Part shown: one piece after another, positions 11,476 through 21,389 of the stretch | Numbering within the stretch: the stretch's first letter is position 1 | Layout of the letters: each line of letters opens with the position of its first letter | NCBI RefSeq assembly: GCF_001194135.2 | Contig: NC_069002.1 | Coordinates: 26,860,058 to 26,898,228 of the forward strand | Direction of reading: 5' to 3' | DNA: 38,171 nucleotides | Origin: Octopus bimaculoides | Lineage: Eukaryota | Notes under the pieces: generated by a model | The model's input: the letters and a program-made list of their open reading frames with translations, nothing else | Databases searched by the model: none | Told to the model about the DNA's origin: nothing | Program-made: the position numbers and the translations under genes

Positions 11476-11687
11476 AGTTTTAGGATCTTAATTCTGTTGT
11501 GGTGGGCAGGTTTTCTCGACTATTGCAATGTGCCACATATCTTGGCCTTCAGTACTTCATCCCATGTTTTCCTAGGTCTTCCTGTTCTACCACTTCCTTT
11601 ACTTGAAGTGATCAACCCTTCTTTATGCAGCTGTACTCTCTCTATATATAGATGTATGTATGCATGTCTATATCTCTCTCTCTTGAA

Positions 11688-11725
<38 letters not shown>

Positions 11726-12297
11726 ATATATATGTGTGTGTAGTTTTATTTATCTTTAGTGGAAAGATTTATCAAAGATTACAGCTGCAGTTTTGTTTAT
11801 TCACAAACATTAATTTGATCTTCAGTTTAGATTATACCCTTTGGTAACAGTGCAGCACATGGTTGAATCTTACTAATAGTCTAACAGCTATTCTGATGGG
11901 TCGTTAATACAATAGATAATGTAATTAACTTCAGGTGGTGGTGGTGGTGTTGATTTTAAATAGAACAGTGGTGATTAATCAATACTGTTCACCAATTAAA
12001 TAAATTCAGAAATTAAAATTAGACAACGTTAAAACGTTTTTTGGTGATGTCTGAAATGGAATTTCATTGTTGCAAAGAAGTATGCTGAGATCGAAGAGGA
12101 AATCTAATGCGTTGCCACTTAAACTTCCCAAACACTTTATGGTTTCAAAATAGGTTTTGAGAGTGCTGCTCCATATTGTTTTTTAAAAAATCATGGTTTA
12201 AATTTGTGTAAACATGTCTCAAGTTCTTACTCAAAGTCTCACATGATTTCTTAATGGTCATGGTTGTGTATACCCTAGTTTTGGGACTATGATGTTA

Positions 12298-12610
12298 TCT
12301 TTTACTTGTTTCAGTCATTAGATTGTGGCCATGCTGGGGCAGTACCTTTTCTATTTTTTAAGCCTGGTACTCATGCTATTAGTCTCTTTTGCTGAACTGC
12401 TAAGCTATGGGGATGTAAACACACCAACACTGGTTGTCAAGCAGTGGTGGACACACGACAGGCTTCTCTCAGTTTCCATCTGCCAAATCAACTCACAAAG
12501 TTTTGGTTGGCCTGAGGCTAAAGTAGATGTTTGTCCAAGTTACCATGCAGTGGGACTGAACTCAAAACCGTGCACTTCAGAAGCAAACTTCTTACCACAC
12601 AGCCATGCCA
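12298..12610 (-). mobile_element. SINE family A, diverged copy
   Basis: ttacttgtttcagtc..gccatgctgg..ctaagc..taaacacacc..gtgggactgaac..cttaccacacagcca. Confidence 0.8.
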
Positions 12611-12689
12611 ACACTAATTATGTGAATTTCTTTTCTCAAGATCTTCTATTGCAGTGCTTCACTAAGTATACAGTATCAAGCCCTAAGGG

Positions 12690-12870
12690 TAGATATTATG
12701 GAGGTGGCAACGACGAGGGTTCCAGTTAATCCAATCAACAGAACAGCCTGCTTGTGAAATTACCATGCAAGGGGCTGAGCATTCTACAGACATGTGTACC
12801 CTTAACATAGTTCTCAGGGAGATTCAGCGTGACACAGAGTGTGACAAGGCTGGCCCTTTGAATTACAAGC
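12690..12870 (+). repeat. Unclassified interspersed repeat, with an inverted partial copy at ~6060-6140
   Basis: gtgtacccttaacatagttctc.ggggagattcagc.tgacac..gacaaggctggccc occurs in both places in opposite orientation. Confidence 0.7.
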
Positions 12871-13069
12871 AAATAACTAATGTGAAGTGCTGATGCATCA
12901 GATATTCACTTCCAAGGGAGTGGTTTTGTGGCATGCCATCAGCTGTGTGTGTCATGTGGTCAGCCAGAACTAAATTACTCTGACCTGATGTTAATGTATA
13001 GGTACAGGAAAAATAGGGGGAGGAGGGAAACATCGAAAGGATGTCAGTGAAAGGAAAGGGGTGATATTA

Positions 13070-13717
13070 AGCCTTGCTGTGTGGTTAAGGAGCTTGCTTT
13101 GCAACCATATGGTCTCAGGTTCAGTCCCACAACAGAGCCCTCCTTGTCACGAACTCTCACCTGTTCCCAAGTAGGGTTGTATTTCCCCATGACCAGACAT
13201 GTTTTTATGAGAGATTGAAAAGGGAAGACACTGCTTGAATGATAGTGACATTCACAAGTACAATGCGATGTTAAACCAATGACATAGTAACAAACAGGCA
13301 CACAGATAAACACACACACACATATACATATATATTAGATATACACATTGAGCTTCTTTCAGTTTCCATCTACTAACGTCTTGGTCATCCCAAGTCCACT
13401 TGGCCATTGCATCATGGAATGGGGGCTGAAGCTGAAACCTTGCGGCTGGGAAGCAAACTTTTTACCACACAGCCACACCTCTGCATAAATATACACACAC
13501 ATGTGTGTGTATGTATACACATGCATATATATGTATGTGTGTGTCTATTTGCCCAAAACTTGACCACTGGTGTTGGTTTGTTTACACCCCCGTAACTTAA
13601 CAGTTCAGTAAAAGTGACCAATACAACAAGTACCAGGTTTAAGTAAGTCTTGGAGTTAAGTTCAACTGTACCATTGAAGGTATGGCCCCAGTCCAGTGAC
13701 TGAAACAAGTAGAAGAT
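13070..13717. mobile_element. Cluster of SINE family A fragments (head + at ~13075, 5' half - at ~13345-13490, 3' half + at ~13535-13717)
   Basis: Recognisable head, core and tail motifs; the last fragment ends ~95 nt before the exon acceptor at 13810. Confidence 0.65.
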
Positions 13718-13810
13718 AGTGTTTCACAAACTTTTCTTTTTAAGTATTGTACTGAGTGAAGATTTAAATAATTTTCAGGGATAATAATTGGAAGTATTTT
13801 CTCCTTACAG

Positions 13811-13935
13811 GAATTCTGCAACTTCGATGATTACAATTGGGATTGGACTTTGCAGCATTTAAGTATGAAGTGTATCCCAGGTACTGTGAAGGTAATGAAA
13901 ATGAAGGCCACTCGTGTATTTCATATGGGAACATG
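13811..13935 (+). CDS. MGAT2: MGAT2 internal coding exon, 125 nt, phase 0-2
   Basis: Acceptor ttttctccttacAG|, donor |GTgagt. Translates EFCNFDDYNWDWTLQHLSMKCIPGTVKVMKMKATRVFHMGT+TG, containing the MGAT2 signature FC..DDYNWDWTLQ and R.FH.G.C. Missed by the ORF track. Confidence 0.96.
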
Positions 13936-14021
13936 GTGAGTAGCAGAACCTTTTCTACAGTTCCTTCTATCTTCAATATATTGATTCTTTTATCAGAAAA
14001 TATACATGTATTTAGATGTGC

Positions 14022-14092
<71 letters not shown>

Positions 14093-14663
14093 GTAATCCC
14101 TTACCATATCACAGTTCACCCGACGCGCACTCAGTACATCGTGGATTTTTCTGGTTGATATATGTAAATTTATATCACGGGTTTCTGCGCTCAGTAGGTA
14201 TTTATATTATTTTAGCTTTTAATTATTTCTGTGGGAGNNNNNNNNNNNNNNNNNNNNNNNNNNNNNNNNNNNNNNNNNNNNNNNNNNNNNNNNNNNNNNN
14301 NNNNNNNNNNNNNNNNNNNNNNNNNNNNNNNNNNNNNNNNNNNNNNNNNNNNNNNNNNNNNNNNNNNNNNNNNNNNNNNNNNNNNNNNNNNNNNNNNNNN
14401 NNNNNNNNNNNNNNNNNNNNNNNNNNNNNNNNNNNNNNNNNNNNATGCGTGTGTGCAACAAAACATGAAAAACTTGTCTTACCTTAGGAAGAACATACAC
14501 GCATTATACACGCATTTTTGCCAGTATATACGCAGTGAAGCTATACAATAGCGTCGTTTTTATATCGATTGCTATTCTCCAGCAAATATCGGTACCTTGT
14601 TGTACCATTCTTATGAATTTATATATATATATATATATATACTGACACACACACATACATATA

Positions 14664-15231
14664 TGAGGGTGAGTAAAAAAGCAATGACATTTTGTTTAGG
14701 ACAGGTATAATTACCAACACAGGAGCATGTATCATACATCAAAATGAAGCTGGTCCTCTGTGGATCACATCCCTACTTCTCCACATAGTCACCGTTTCTC
14801 TCAATAGCAATGTTCCATCTTCGAACGAGAGCATGTATCCCTGCCCCATAAAATTCTGCTGATTGTTCTTTGAACAACTTCTTCACTACAGTTTTCACTT
14901 CCTCGTCACTAGAATAATTTAGCGCCTTCAGACTATCATCTCTTCGGCCCCATGAAAGAGGGTTTGAGAGGCAAACATTATTCCAGTGACGAAGAAGTGA
15001 AAACTGTAGTGAAGAAGTGGCGTCAAGAACAGTCAACAGAATTTTACGTGGCAGGGATACATGCTTTTATTCGAAGGTGGAACATTGCTATTGAGAGAAA
15101 CGGTGACTATGTTGAGAAGTAGGGATGTGATCCACAGAGGACCAGCTTCATTTTGATGTATGATACATGTTCCTGTGTTGGTAATTATACCTGTCCTAAA
15201 CAAAATGGCATTACTTTTTGACTCACCCTCA
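14664..15231. mobile_element. Foldback mariner-derived element with two inverted ~255-bp copies of a mariner 3' end, TA-flanked
   Basis: Termini TA|TGAGGGTGAGTAAAAAAG and CTTTTTGACTCACCCTCA|TA; arms 14664-14918 and 14977-15231. Encodes a mariner C-terminal remnant DYHLFGPMKEGLRGKHYSSDEEVKTVVKKW..GIHA.IRRWNIAIERNGDYVEK*. Confidence 0.9.
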
Positions 15232-15577
15232 TATATTTACATATATTTCTTCTCCTTTTTGCTTGTGTACTTCACACAACATTCTGACACATGTACACAC
15301 TTCTATCACCATCTTCTTGTCCCTCCAAATGTCCCAACTATTTTTTTTTTCCTTCTCTCACTGAAACAAGAAAATGATTTTCATTTTTGCACTATTTTTA
15401 TTGATTTCTTTAATTTTTCTTCACCTTTTCAATAGCATCTACACCCATACCCTTGCAAAAAATATGGCTACACCTACACACCAACCTTCCACTACTCCTC
15501 CACATTTGCACATTCAACATACATTCTCCTCCCTTCTTTGCTCCCCTTGCCATATAAACCACATTCTTTTTCTACCT

Positions 15578-15615
15578 CTCTACTGAAGAAGAACTAACGT
15601 CCGAAATGTCAAGAG
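15578..15615 (+). ncRNA. Decayed minimal type I hammerhead at a probable Penelope-like element terminus
   Basis: CTCTA|CTGAAGA|A|GAAC-TAAC-GTCC|GAAA|T|GTC|AAGAG. Stem I 4 bp, stem II 3 of 4 bp, GUC triplet, C15.2 changed to T (CpG-type). Preceded by a C/A/T-rich tract and tataaacc. Confidence 0.55.
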
Positions 15616-16344
15616 TCTTTACCTGAATTAAAGGTTTAGACTAATACAACAATTGTTATAACCTTTGCCTGCCTCCATTGTTGTCTTCTTTTTCTTCAAC
15701 ATTTCTTCCAATGAAATATATATATATATATACATACATATATACACCCTCTCTTGCATACTTCTATTCACATATTCACACACACACATGCTTTCTCTTT
15801 TGCTCTCTCTCTCTCTCTCCTACGTTGTGTCTTTGACTTTCTGCCCCTCTCTCTTTTTCTCTCTCTCCTTCCTTTGCTTCACTTTTCCTCTCTTTCTCTC
15901 TCTCTCCTCCTCTCTCTCTTTCTCTTTCTCCCCACCACCTCACTCTGTTCCGGCAAGCAGTTATTTGGTAGGTGGGGGTTTAAAGACGCAGTACGTTTAC
16001 TTACTCATATCCAGAGTTGGCAGAAACTGAAAAAAAGTCTTTGCATTTGTCATTATTTCTTGTAATGAAATATTTTCTTTAGATGTCCATCAACAGAGAT
16101 TTGGCTAACTTAAGAATCTACACTAAATTCTTCAAAACAAATATATCACTACAATTGCTACAATAACAGCAACATACTTTTGCTTCCCTGAATAATACCA
16201 AGAAACAAATCATCCATGCTATAATTATTATTTTAACTTTTACCGAAATTATCCATGTTGGCAAATGTAAACTTCCATAGTTACGCATTGTATGACTGGT
16301 ATCTCTCACGGTATTGGAATTTGGGATGTGTTAGGTGAGTAAGT

Positions 16345-16660
16345 GCTCTGACAGAATAACCCTCTTCCCATTCAAGGTAGGGTGGATCTCTAGTCCAGGA
16401 CACAACATTCAGTGACATGTTCTCCAGCTCCAACTTTGCTGCATTGGCTGCAGGAGAGAAAAATCAAGAAATACAGGGAGCCTGACCAGCTGCTATCGAG
16501 ACATCGTGTTCCTAAACCCCGTACTATCAATCACCTCTGCAAAATAAGGATAACAGCAGCCTGTTGGAGAAATGAACTCTGTGTGGTGGATAGGCTGCTG
16601 CAGCAAGTGCCACTGGCCCTCCTCCACCATGACACCATTGCAATCATTATCACAAATTGC
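16345..16660 (+). mobile_element. Decayed CRE-like non-LTR retrotransposon 3' end (restriction-like endonuclease remnant)
   Basis: Across frameshifts: SDRITLFPFK/GGSLVQDTTFSDMFSSSNFAALAAGE/RKIKKY/AAIETS/LLQQVPLALLH. Resembles the RPDG.TL.PW..G..LVWD.T..DT...AE.RK..KY..A.ET..L.QR.S.A..RGN pattern of CRE-clade RLE domains. Confidence 0.6.
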
Positions 16661-17294
16661 AGTTGTGCATACTATTTGTTCTGGGGGGAATGTGACCCAT
16701 CACCCCACCACACTTTAGCTGTTCCTTTCTTATCACTTTTCCTGTTTCTTTGTATTTAAATATGAGTATTAGGTCATCCCATAAATAATGCGTTTTTATA
16801 CAATTGCATGAACTAAAAGTCAGAGGGGGACACGATAAACTACCTGCATCAACTTGCTATTAAAGCAGGTAGTAATTTTACCTTGTACTTATTCTTAGTG
16901 CAAGTTTTGAAGAGTGCAGTTTGATTTTAACAGTTATTTTTTCAAAGCTATAATGGAAGTGACAAAGGAGCATATTCAGCATATTTTGCTTTATGAGTTC
17001 AATAAAGGCAACAATGCAACATGATTGTAAGATTTTGGTTTCAATCCCTGGACTGGGTGATCCGTTGTGTTTTTGAGCAAAAACACTTCATATCACATTG
17101 CTCCAGTCCACTCAGCTGTAGAAATGAGTTTAGCCTGGAGAGGGATGGGCTCTGCCAGGCTTTCTCACCCTAGATATGCTGCATGGCTGAAGCACCCCAG
17201 AGACCCCCCCCCAAAGGGTTAAGGGACTTGTCACTTGTCAGTAACAAACCAACCATAGCACCTATGTTGTCACTATTGTGTCATTGAATTAAAT

Positions 17295-17450
17295 TTTTAC
17301 ACAGCTGGTGTTAGGAAGGGCTTCCTGCTGTAAATGCCATGCCAAAGCTGACATTGTGGCCTGGTGCTGCCTCTGCAACTTGTTGGGCCCTGTCAAACTG
17401 TCCAACCCATGCCAGCATGGAAAATGAAATATTTGATGACGATGGTGAGC
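17295..17450 (+). mobile_element. RTE-type 3' tail fragment
   Basis: tgttaggaagggc..gtcaaactgtccaacccatgccagcatggaaa..gatgacgatg. Confidence 0.7.
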
Positions 17451-17598
17451 TGGGTAGCATTTATGTTATTGTTAGTTTAGCACTTAAACCAGCCATATAC
17501 GGCTCAAATATTCTACCTGTTTTGTCTTCAAACTGGTCAGATCCAGCCTCTCTTACCTACCCTGCAATGTCATTTGCAAAATGAACAATCATCACTTT

Positions 17599-18058
17599 AT
17601 TTACATTATTTACATTTGACAGATATTTGTCCTCTTCTTGTTTGTTGTTAACACAATGTTTCGGCTGATATACCCTTCAGCCTTTGGTCAGTCAACCATT
17701 CATCCACTCTTAGGTGCCATCAGAAAAATATAGCTAGCTTTTGATGGAGTTTCTCTATATGTCTCCACTATGCCATATGCCCGGGCATATGGTGTAGTGG
17801 TTAAGAGTGCGGACTACTAACCCCAAGATTCTGAGTTCGATTCCAGGCAGTGACTTGAATAAATAATAATAATAACAACAACATCGAAAAATACTTTAGG
17901 AATGAGAATCCAGGTTCGAAATTTTCCCAAGACACCTGATGAGGGCTGGAGGGTGTATCAGCCGAAGCGTTGTGTTAACAACAAACAAGATGAGGACAAA
18001 TATCCTGTCAAATGTAAATAATGTACATAATTCCTCATCTCTTAAATATAGAACTGAG
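17599..18058 (+). mobile_element. Composite retroposon insertion: inverted tail copy, spacer, tRNA-derived head and minimal-HHR tail, flanked by 10-bp TSD TCATCACTTT
   Basis: TSD at 17589-17598 and 18059-18068. Box A TGGTGTAGTGG 17790-17800; box B GAGTTCGATTCC 17833-17844. HHR motif 17931-17976. Segment 17602-17684 is the reverse complement of ~17942-18025. Confidence 0.8.
17931..17976 (+). ncRNA. Minimal type I hammerhead motif, probably inactivated (GAAA to GAAG)
   Basis: Stem I GACAC/GTGTT; CTGATGA; extra G; stem II GGCTG/CAGCC; GAAG-C-GTT with remnant palindromic stem III. Confidence 0.7.
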
Positions 18059-18204
18059 TCATCACTTTGTAATCTCAAAAACTACAAGATAATACAGGAT
18101 TAACTTTAAAGAATGTGAATAAATAAGCCTTATATTTGACAGAACAATCTGAATGCTAAATCATTGCCACATCATTATGTTTTTTTTTTGTTTTTATTTT
18201 CCAG

Positions 18205-18460
18205 TGGTGTCCATCACAAAGGAAAGGTTTGTAGCCCAGAAGCAAAAAAGAAAGCAGTTGAGAAACTTTTGCTTGATAATAAACAAAACTTCTTCCCAAA
18301 CGTTATCACAATGGCCGGCGTTTCCGGTTTACGTCTACGTGATCCGAAACCAAACGGAGGCTGGGGAGACTACAGGGACAGACAACTGTGTTACAGTTTC
18401 ATCCATAGAAACACTTCAGAATTGAGTTTTATTAAGAACCCTAATATCACAAGGTCTTAA
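18205..18460 (+). CDS. MGAT2: MGAT2 terminal coding exon (phase 2 start, ends at TAA)
   Basis: Acceptor tttttattttccAG|; TG+T completes the Cys. Translates CGVHHKGKVCSPEAKKKAVEKLLLDNKQNFFPNVITMAGVSGLRLRDPKPNGGWGDYRDRQLCYSFIHRNTSELSFIKNPNITRS*, with the conserved CG.HH and NGGWGD.RD..LC motifs. Confidence 0.96.
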
Positions 18461-18548
18461 CGCTTCTCGGTTTTTGACATAGATTAAACAAATTTCTTTT
18501 TTTTTTTTCTTTTGTTTCAAAATCTTGATAACATTGATCAAGCAATTC

Positions 18549-18554
18549 AATAAA
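18549..18554 (+). promoter_or_regulatory. Candidate polyadenylation signal AATAAA for MGAT2
   Basis: First AATAAA ~90 nt after the stop codon; the UTR may extend further. Confidence 0.4.
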
Positions 18555-19143
18555 TAACATTTACTGTCTTGTCATAAATTGAAGAAGAAGAAGATGGATG
18601 GAACCAAATCATTTTGATTCTACAAAAACGAAGGAAAAATGAAAGAAACGACAAGACGTACAGCGTGAAATGTGATCTCATCTAACTGGCTCCATTTAAC
18701 AGTTATGGTTGGTGCTATACAGTCGACACAACCATTTCCCTACAATTACAGATACAGTAGAGACAAACAGACAGAGAGAAGGTGGTGTAGTCGTCTGAGA
18801 TGTCTCTCCCTTACTAAAAAAACTGAATTAACAGGTTTAGTTTCCACTGCTGAACTAAAACGACCTGCTGGAAACTGGAGTGTTAAGATCCTGTGATGTA
18901 ATGTTAAAAAGAGAAAAGGAAACAAAAAACACAACAAAAAAACAACTGTTGCCTGGCTGTTTTATCTTTTTTTTTTCCTACTTCCAATGTTCTATTGTTT
19001 GCCAATAGATCTAACTGCTCATCATCTCAACTGGTGAAGTCTCATTCTTCTCTACTACTGCTCCGTTCTACCAAACATCCGCACATCATTGTTAATCTGC
19101 CTTCTTACTCTGTGATTATTATTATTATTATTATTATTAATTA

Positions 19144-19756
19144 TGGTGGTGGCGAACTGGCAGAATCGTTAGCACGCCAGGCAAAATGCTTAGCAGTATT
19201 TTGTCTGTTGCTTCGTTCTGAGTTCAAATTCCACCGAGATCAATAAATTAAGTACCAGTGAAACACTGGGGGGTCAATTTAATCAAGTAGTCCCCTCCTC
19301 CAAAATTTCAGGCCTTATGCCTATAGTAGAAAGGATTATTATTACTATTATTATTATTATTATTATTATTATTAAGGTGATGAGCTGGCAGAGCCATTAG
19401 CATGCCAGGTGAAATGCTTGGTGGTATTTCATCTGTCTCTACATTCTGGGTTCAGATTCTGCCATGGTCGACTTTGCCTTTCAGGGTCGATTAAATAAGT
19501 ATCAGTTATGCACTGCAGTCAATGTACCCCCTCCCCCATTATTAATTATTAAGATGGCAACCTGGCAGAATCGTTAACGTGCCGCGTAAAATGCTTAATG
19601 GTATTTCGTCCAGAGCTCAAATTCTGCCAAACTTGAGTTTGCCTTTCATCTCTTTCAGGGTCGGTAAAATAAGTATCAGTCAAGCCCTGGGGGTCAATGT
19701 AATTGACAAGCCCTCTCCCCTCAAAAACCTCAGGCCCTGTGCCTTCAGCAGAAATG

Positions 19757-19797
<41 letters not shown>

Positions 19798-20326
19798 GCT
19801 TAACGGTATTTCGTCTGTCTGCACATTCTGAGTTCAAATTCCACCGAGGTCGATTTTGCCTTTCATCCTTTCAGGGTCGATGAAATAAGTACCAGTTATG
19901 CATTTGGAGCCAATGTAATCGACTTATTCCTTCCCCACAAAATTTCAGGCCTTGTACCTTCAGTAGAAAGGTTTATTATTATTATTATTATTATTAATCA
20001 ATAATAACCACAGTGGTTTGGCAGAAATCAGATGGCGGAAACTGGAATAAATGCCTTGCAGTATTTTCTTGTTTTTNNNNNNNNNNTTTTCTATTATTAT
20101 TGTGGCGGTGAGCTGGCAGAATCATTAGCGCATTGGACAAAATGCTTTAGAGACATTTTGTTCGGTTCTTTACGTTCTGAGTTCAAATCCTGCTGAGGTC
20201 AACTTTGCCTTTCATCCTTTCGAGGTCAACAAAGTAAAGTACCAGTCATGTACTAGGGGTCAGTGTAACCGACTTGTCCCCCTCTCCACTTGAAAATTGC
20301 CGGCCTTGTGCCAAAATTTGAAAGCA
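19144..20326 (+). mobile_element. Head-to-tail array of ~5-6 SINE family B copies downstream of MGAT2
   Basis: Repeated ggcgaactggcagaatcgttagca..gagttcaaattcc..aagtaccag..ggccttgt..(att)n. Confidence 0.85.
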
Positions 20327-21162
20327 TTTTTTTTTTTTTCACTATTATTAATTTTTATGACTTGATTTTATTCTTTCAATGTATTATTATTTTTTTTTTC
20401 ATTATTATTATTTTCCACCATATCTGCTGACTTCAATGGAATCAATTCTTTATCTGGCTGTGGAAAATTTCCCCTTCACTTTTTTTTTTTTATTTTTCTT
20501 GCCAATGTTGTCTTTTTCTAAAAAAAAAAAAAAAAAAAGGAAAAAAAAAACTATATTTTGGTCTGGCTTCATTTGATTGTGGGCGGTGAAATTGCTAATA
20601 ATAACAATAATAATAATAATAATAATAATAAAGAAACCAGTTAGAATTTTTTTTTTTTGTAAATTTGTCCTATCATATTCTGACCCCTCACCCACCTCCT
20701 CTCACCACCACTACCTAGCCACTTCCACCACTGCTAAACAACTGAGGCAAGACGTCATTGCTATGCTAAAGCAAGCGGGCTATTCTGGAAAAAAAAAATG
20801 GAATATCTGTTCCTGGAAAACAAAAAATAATGTTTTACTTCAGTATCTCCATGATTTCTTGGGAGATGAGATGAAAGAGTGGAAGAGAGAGAGAGAGAGA
20901 GTGGGAGAAAGGAAGAAGAGAGAGATTCCTTTGTCTATTACATAAGGGACTTCCTAATGAAATTCTACAAGGCCAGGACCTATTTGGAATCTTGTAGAAT
21001 TTACTCCCAAAATTCAAGAGGATGTCAGGTTTTTTTTTTTAAGACCCCTACCAAATATTTACAAGCTGACCCTCCTTATTAAATATTTAAATGCAATTCT
21101 AGAACCTACTCACCTCATCCCCTTCCCCTCTTATGTGACCCATCATCATACAATTCTACAAT

Positions 21163-21389
21163 TTAACCCTTTAGCATTCGGCCATATCCAGCCCAAATAT
21201 TCTCCCTGTTTTTTTTTATGTTCAAACTGGTCAGATCCAGCCTCTCACACCTATCCAAGAGTGTCATTCTCAGTATAAACACCCACATCATTGAACTCTC
21301 AAAGCTAAAAGATAATGCAGGATTAATTGTAAACGAGGTGAATAAACAAGCATTACACTGGTCAGATAATCTGAATGCTGAAGGGTTAA
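21163..21389. mobile_element. piggyBac-like MITE (TTAA|CCCT TIRs)
   Basis: TTAACCCTTTAGCATTC ... GAATGCTGAAGGGTTAA. Confidence 0.85.

Larger units (their letters stand above)
2869..13810 (+). other. MGAT2: MGAT2 intron (~10.9 kb, GT-AG, phase 0)
   Basis: Bounded by GTaagt and ttacAG; the flanking exon peptides are contiguous in the MGAT2 alignment (..KKCGL|EFCNFDD..). Confidence 0.9.
17472..18165. mobile_element. piggyBac-like MITE split in two (17472-17598 and 18059-18165) by the HHR-SINE insertion
   Basis: The left half (caaactggtcagatccagcctctc) and right half (ctcaaaaactacaagataat..aatctgaatgctaa) rejoin into the family consensus when one TSD copy is removed. Confidence 0.75.
13936..18204 (+). 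other. MGAT2: MGAT2 last intron (~4.3 kb, GT-AG, phase 2)
   Basis: Bounded by GTgagt and ttccAG; the split Cys codon TG|T gives HMGTCGVHH. Confidence 0.92.

Noticed and set aside
13837-14487. 216-aa + strand ORF overlapping the MGAT2 exon
   Set aside because: Wrong frame relative to the DDYNWDW exon, and extends through microsatellite and gap.
17779-17855. Possible tRNA gene
   Set aside because: Boxes A and B are present but the acceptor stem does not pair well. It is continuous with a repeat tail inside a TSD-flanked insertion, so it is a SINE head.
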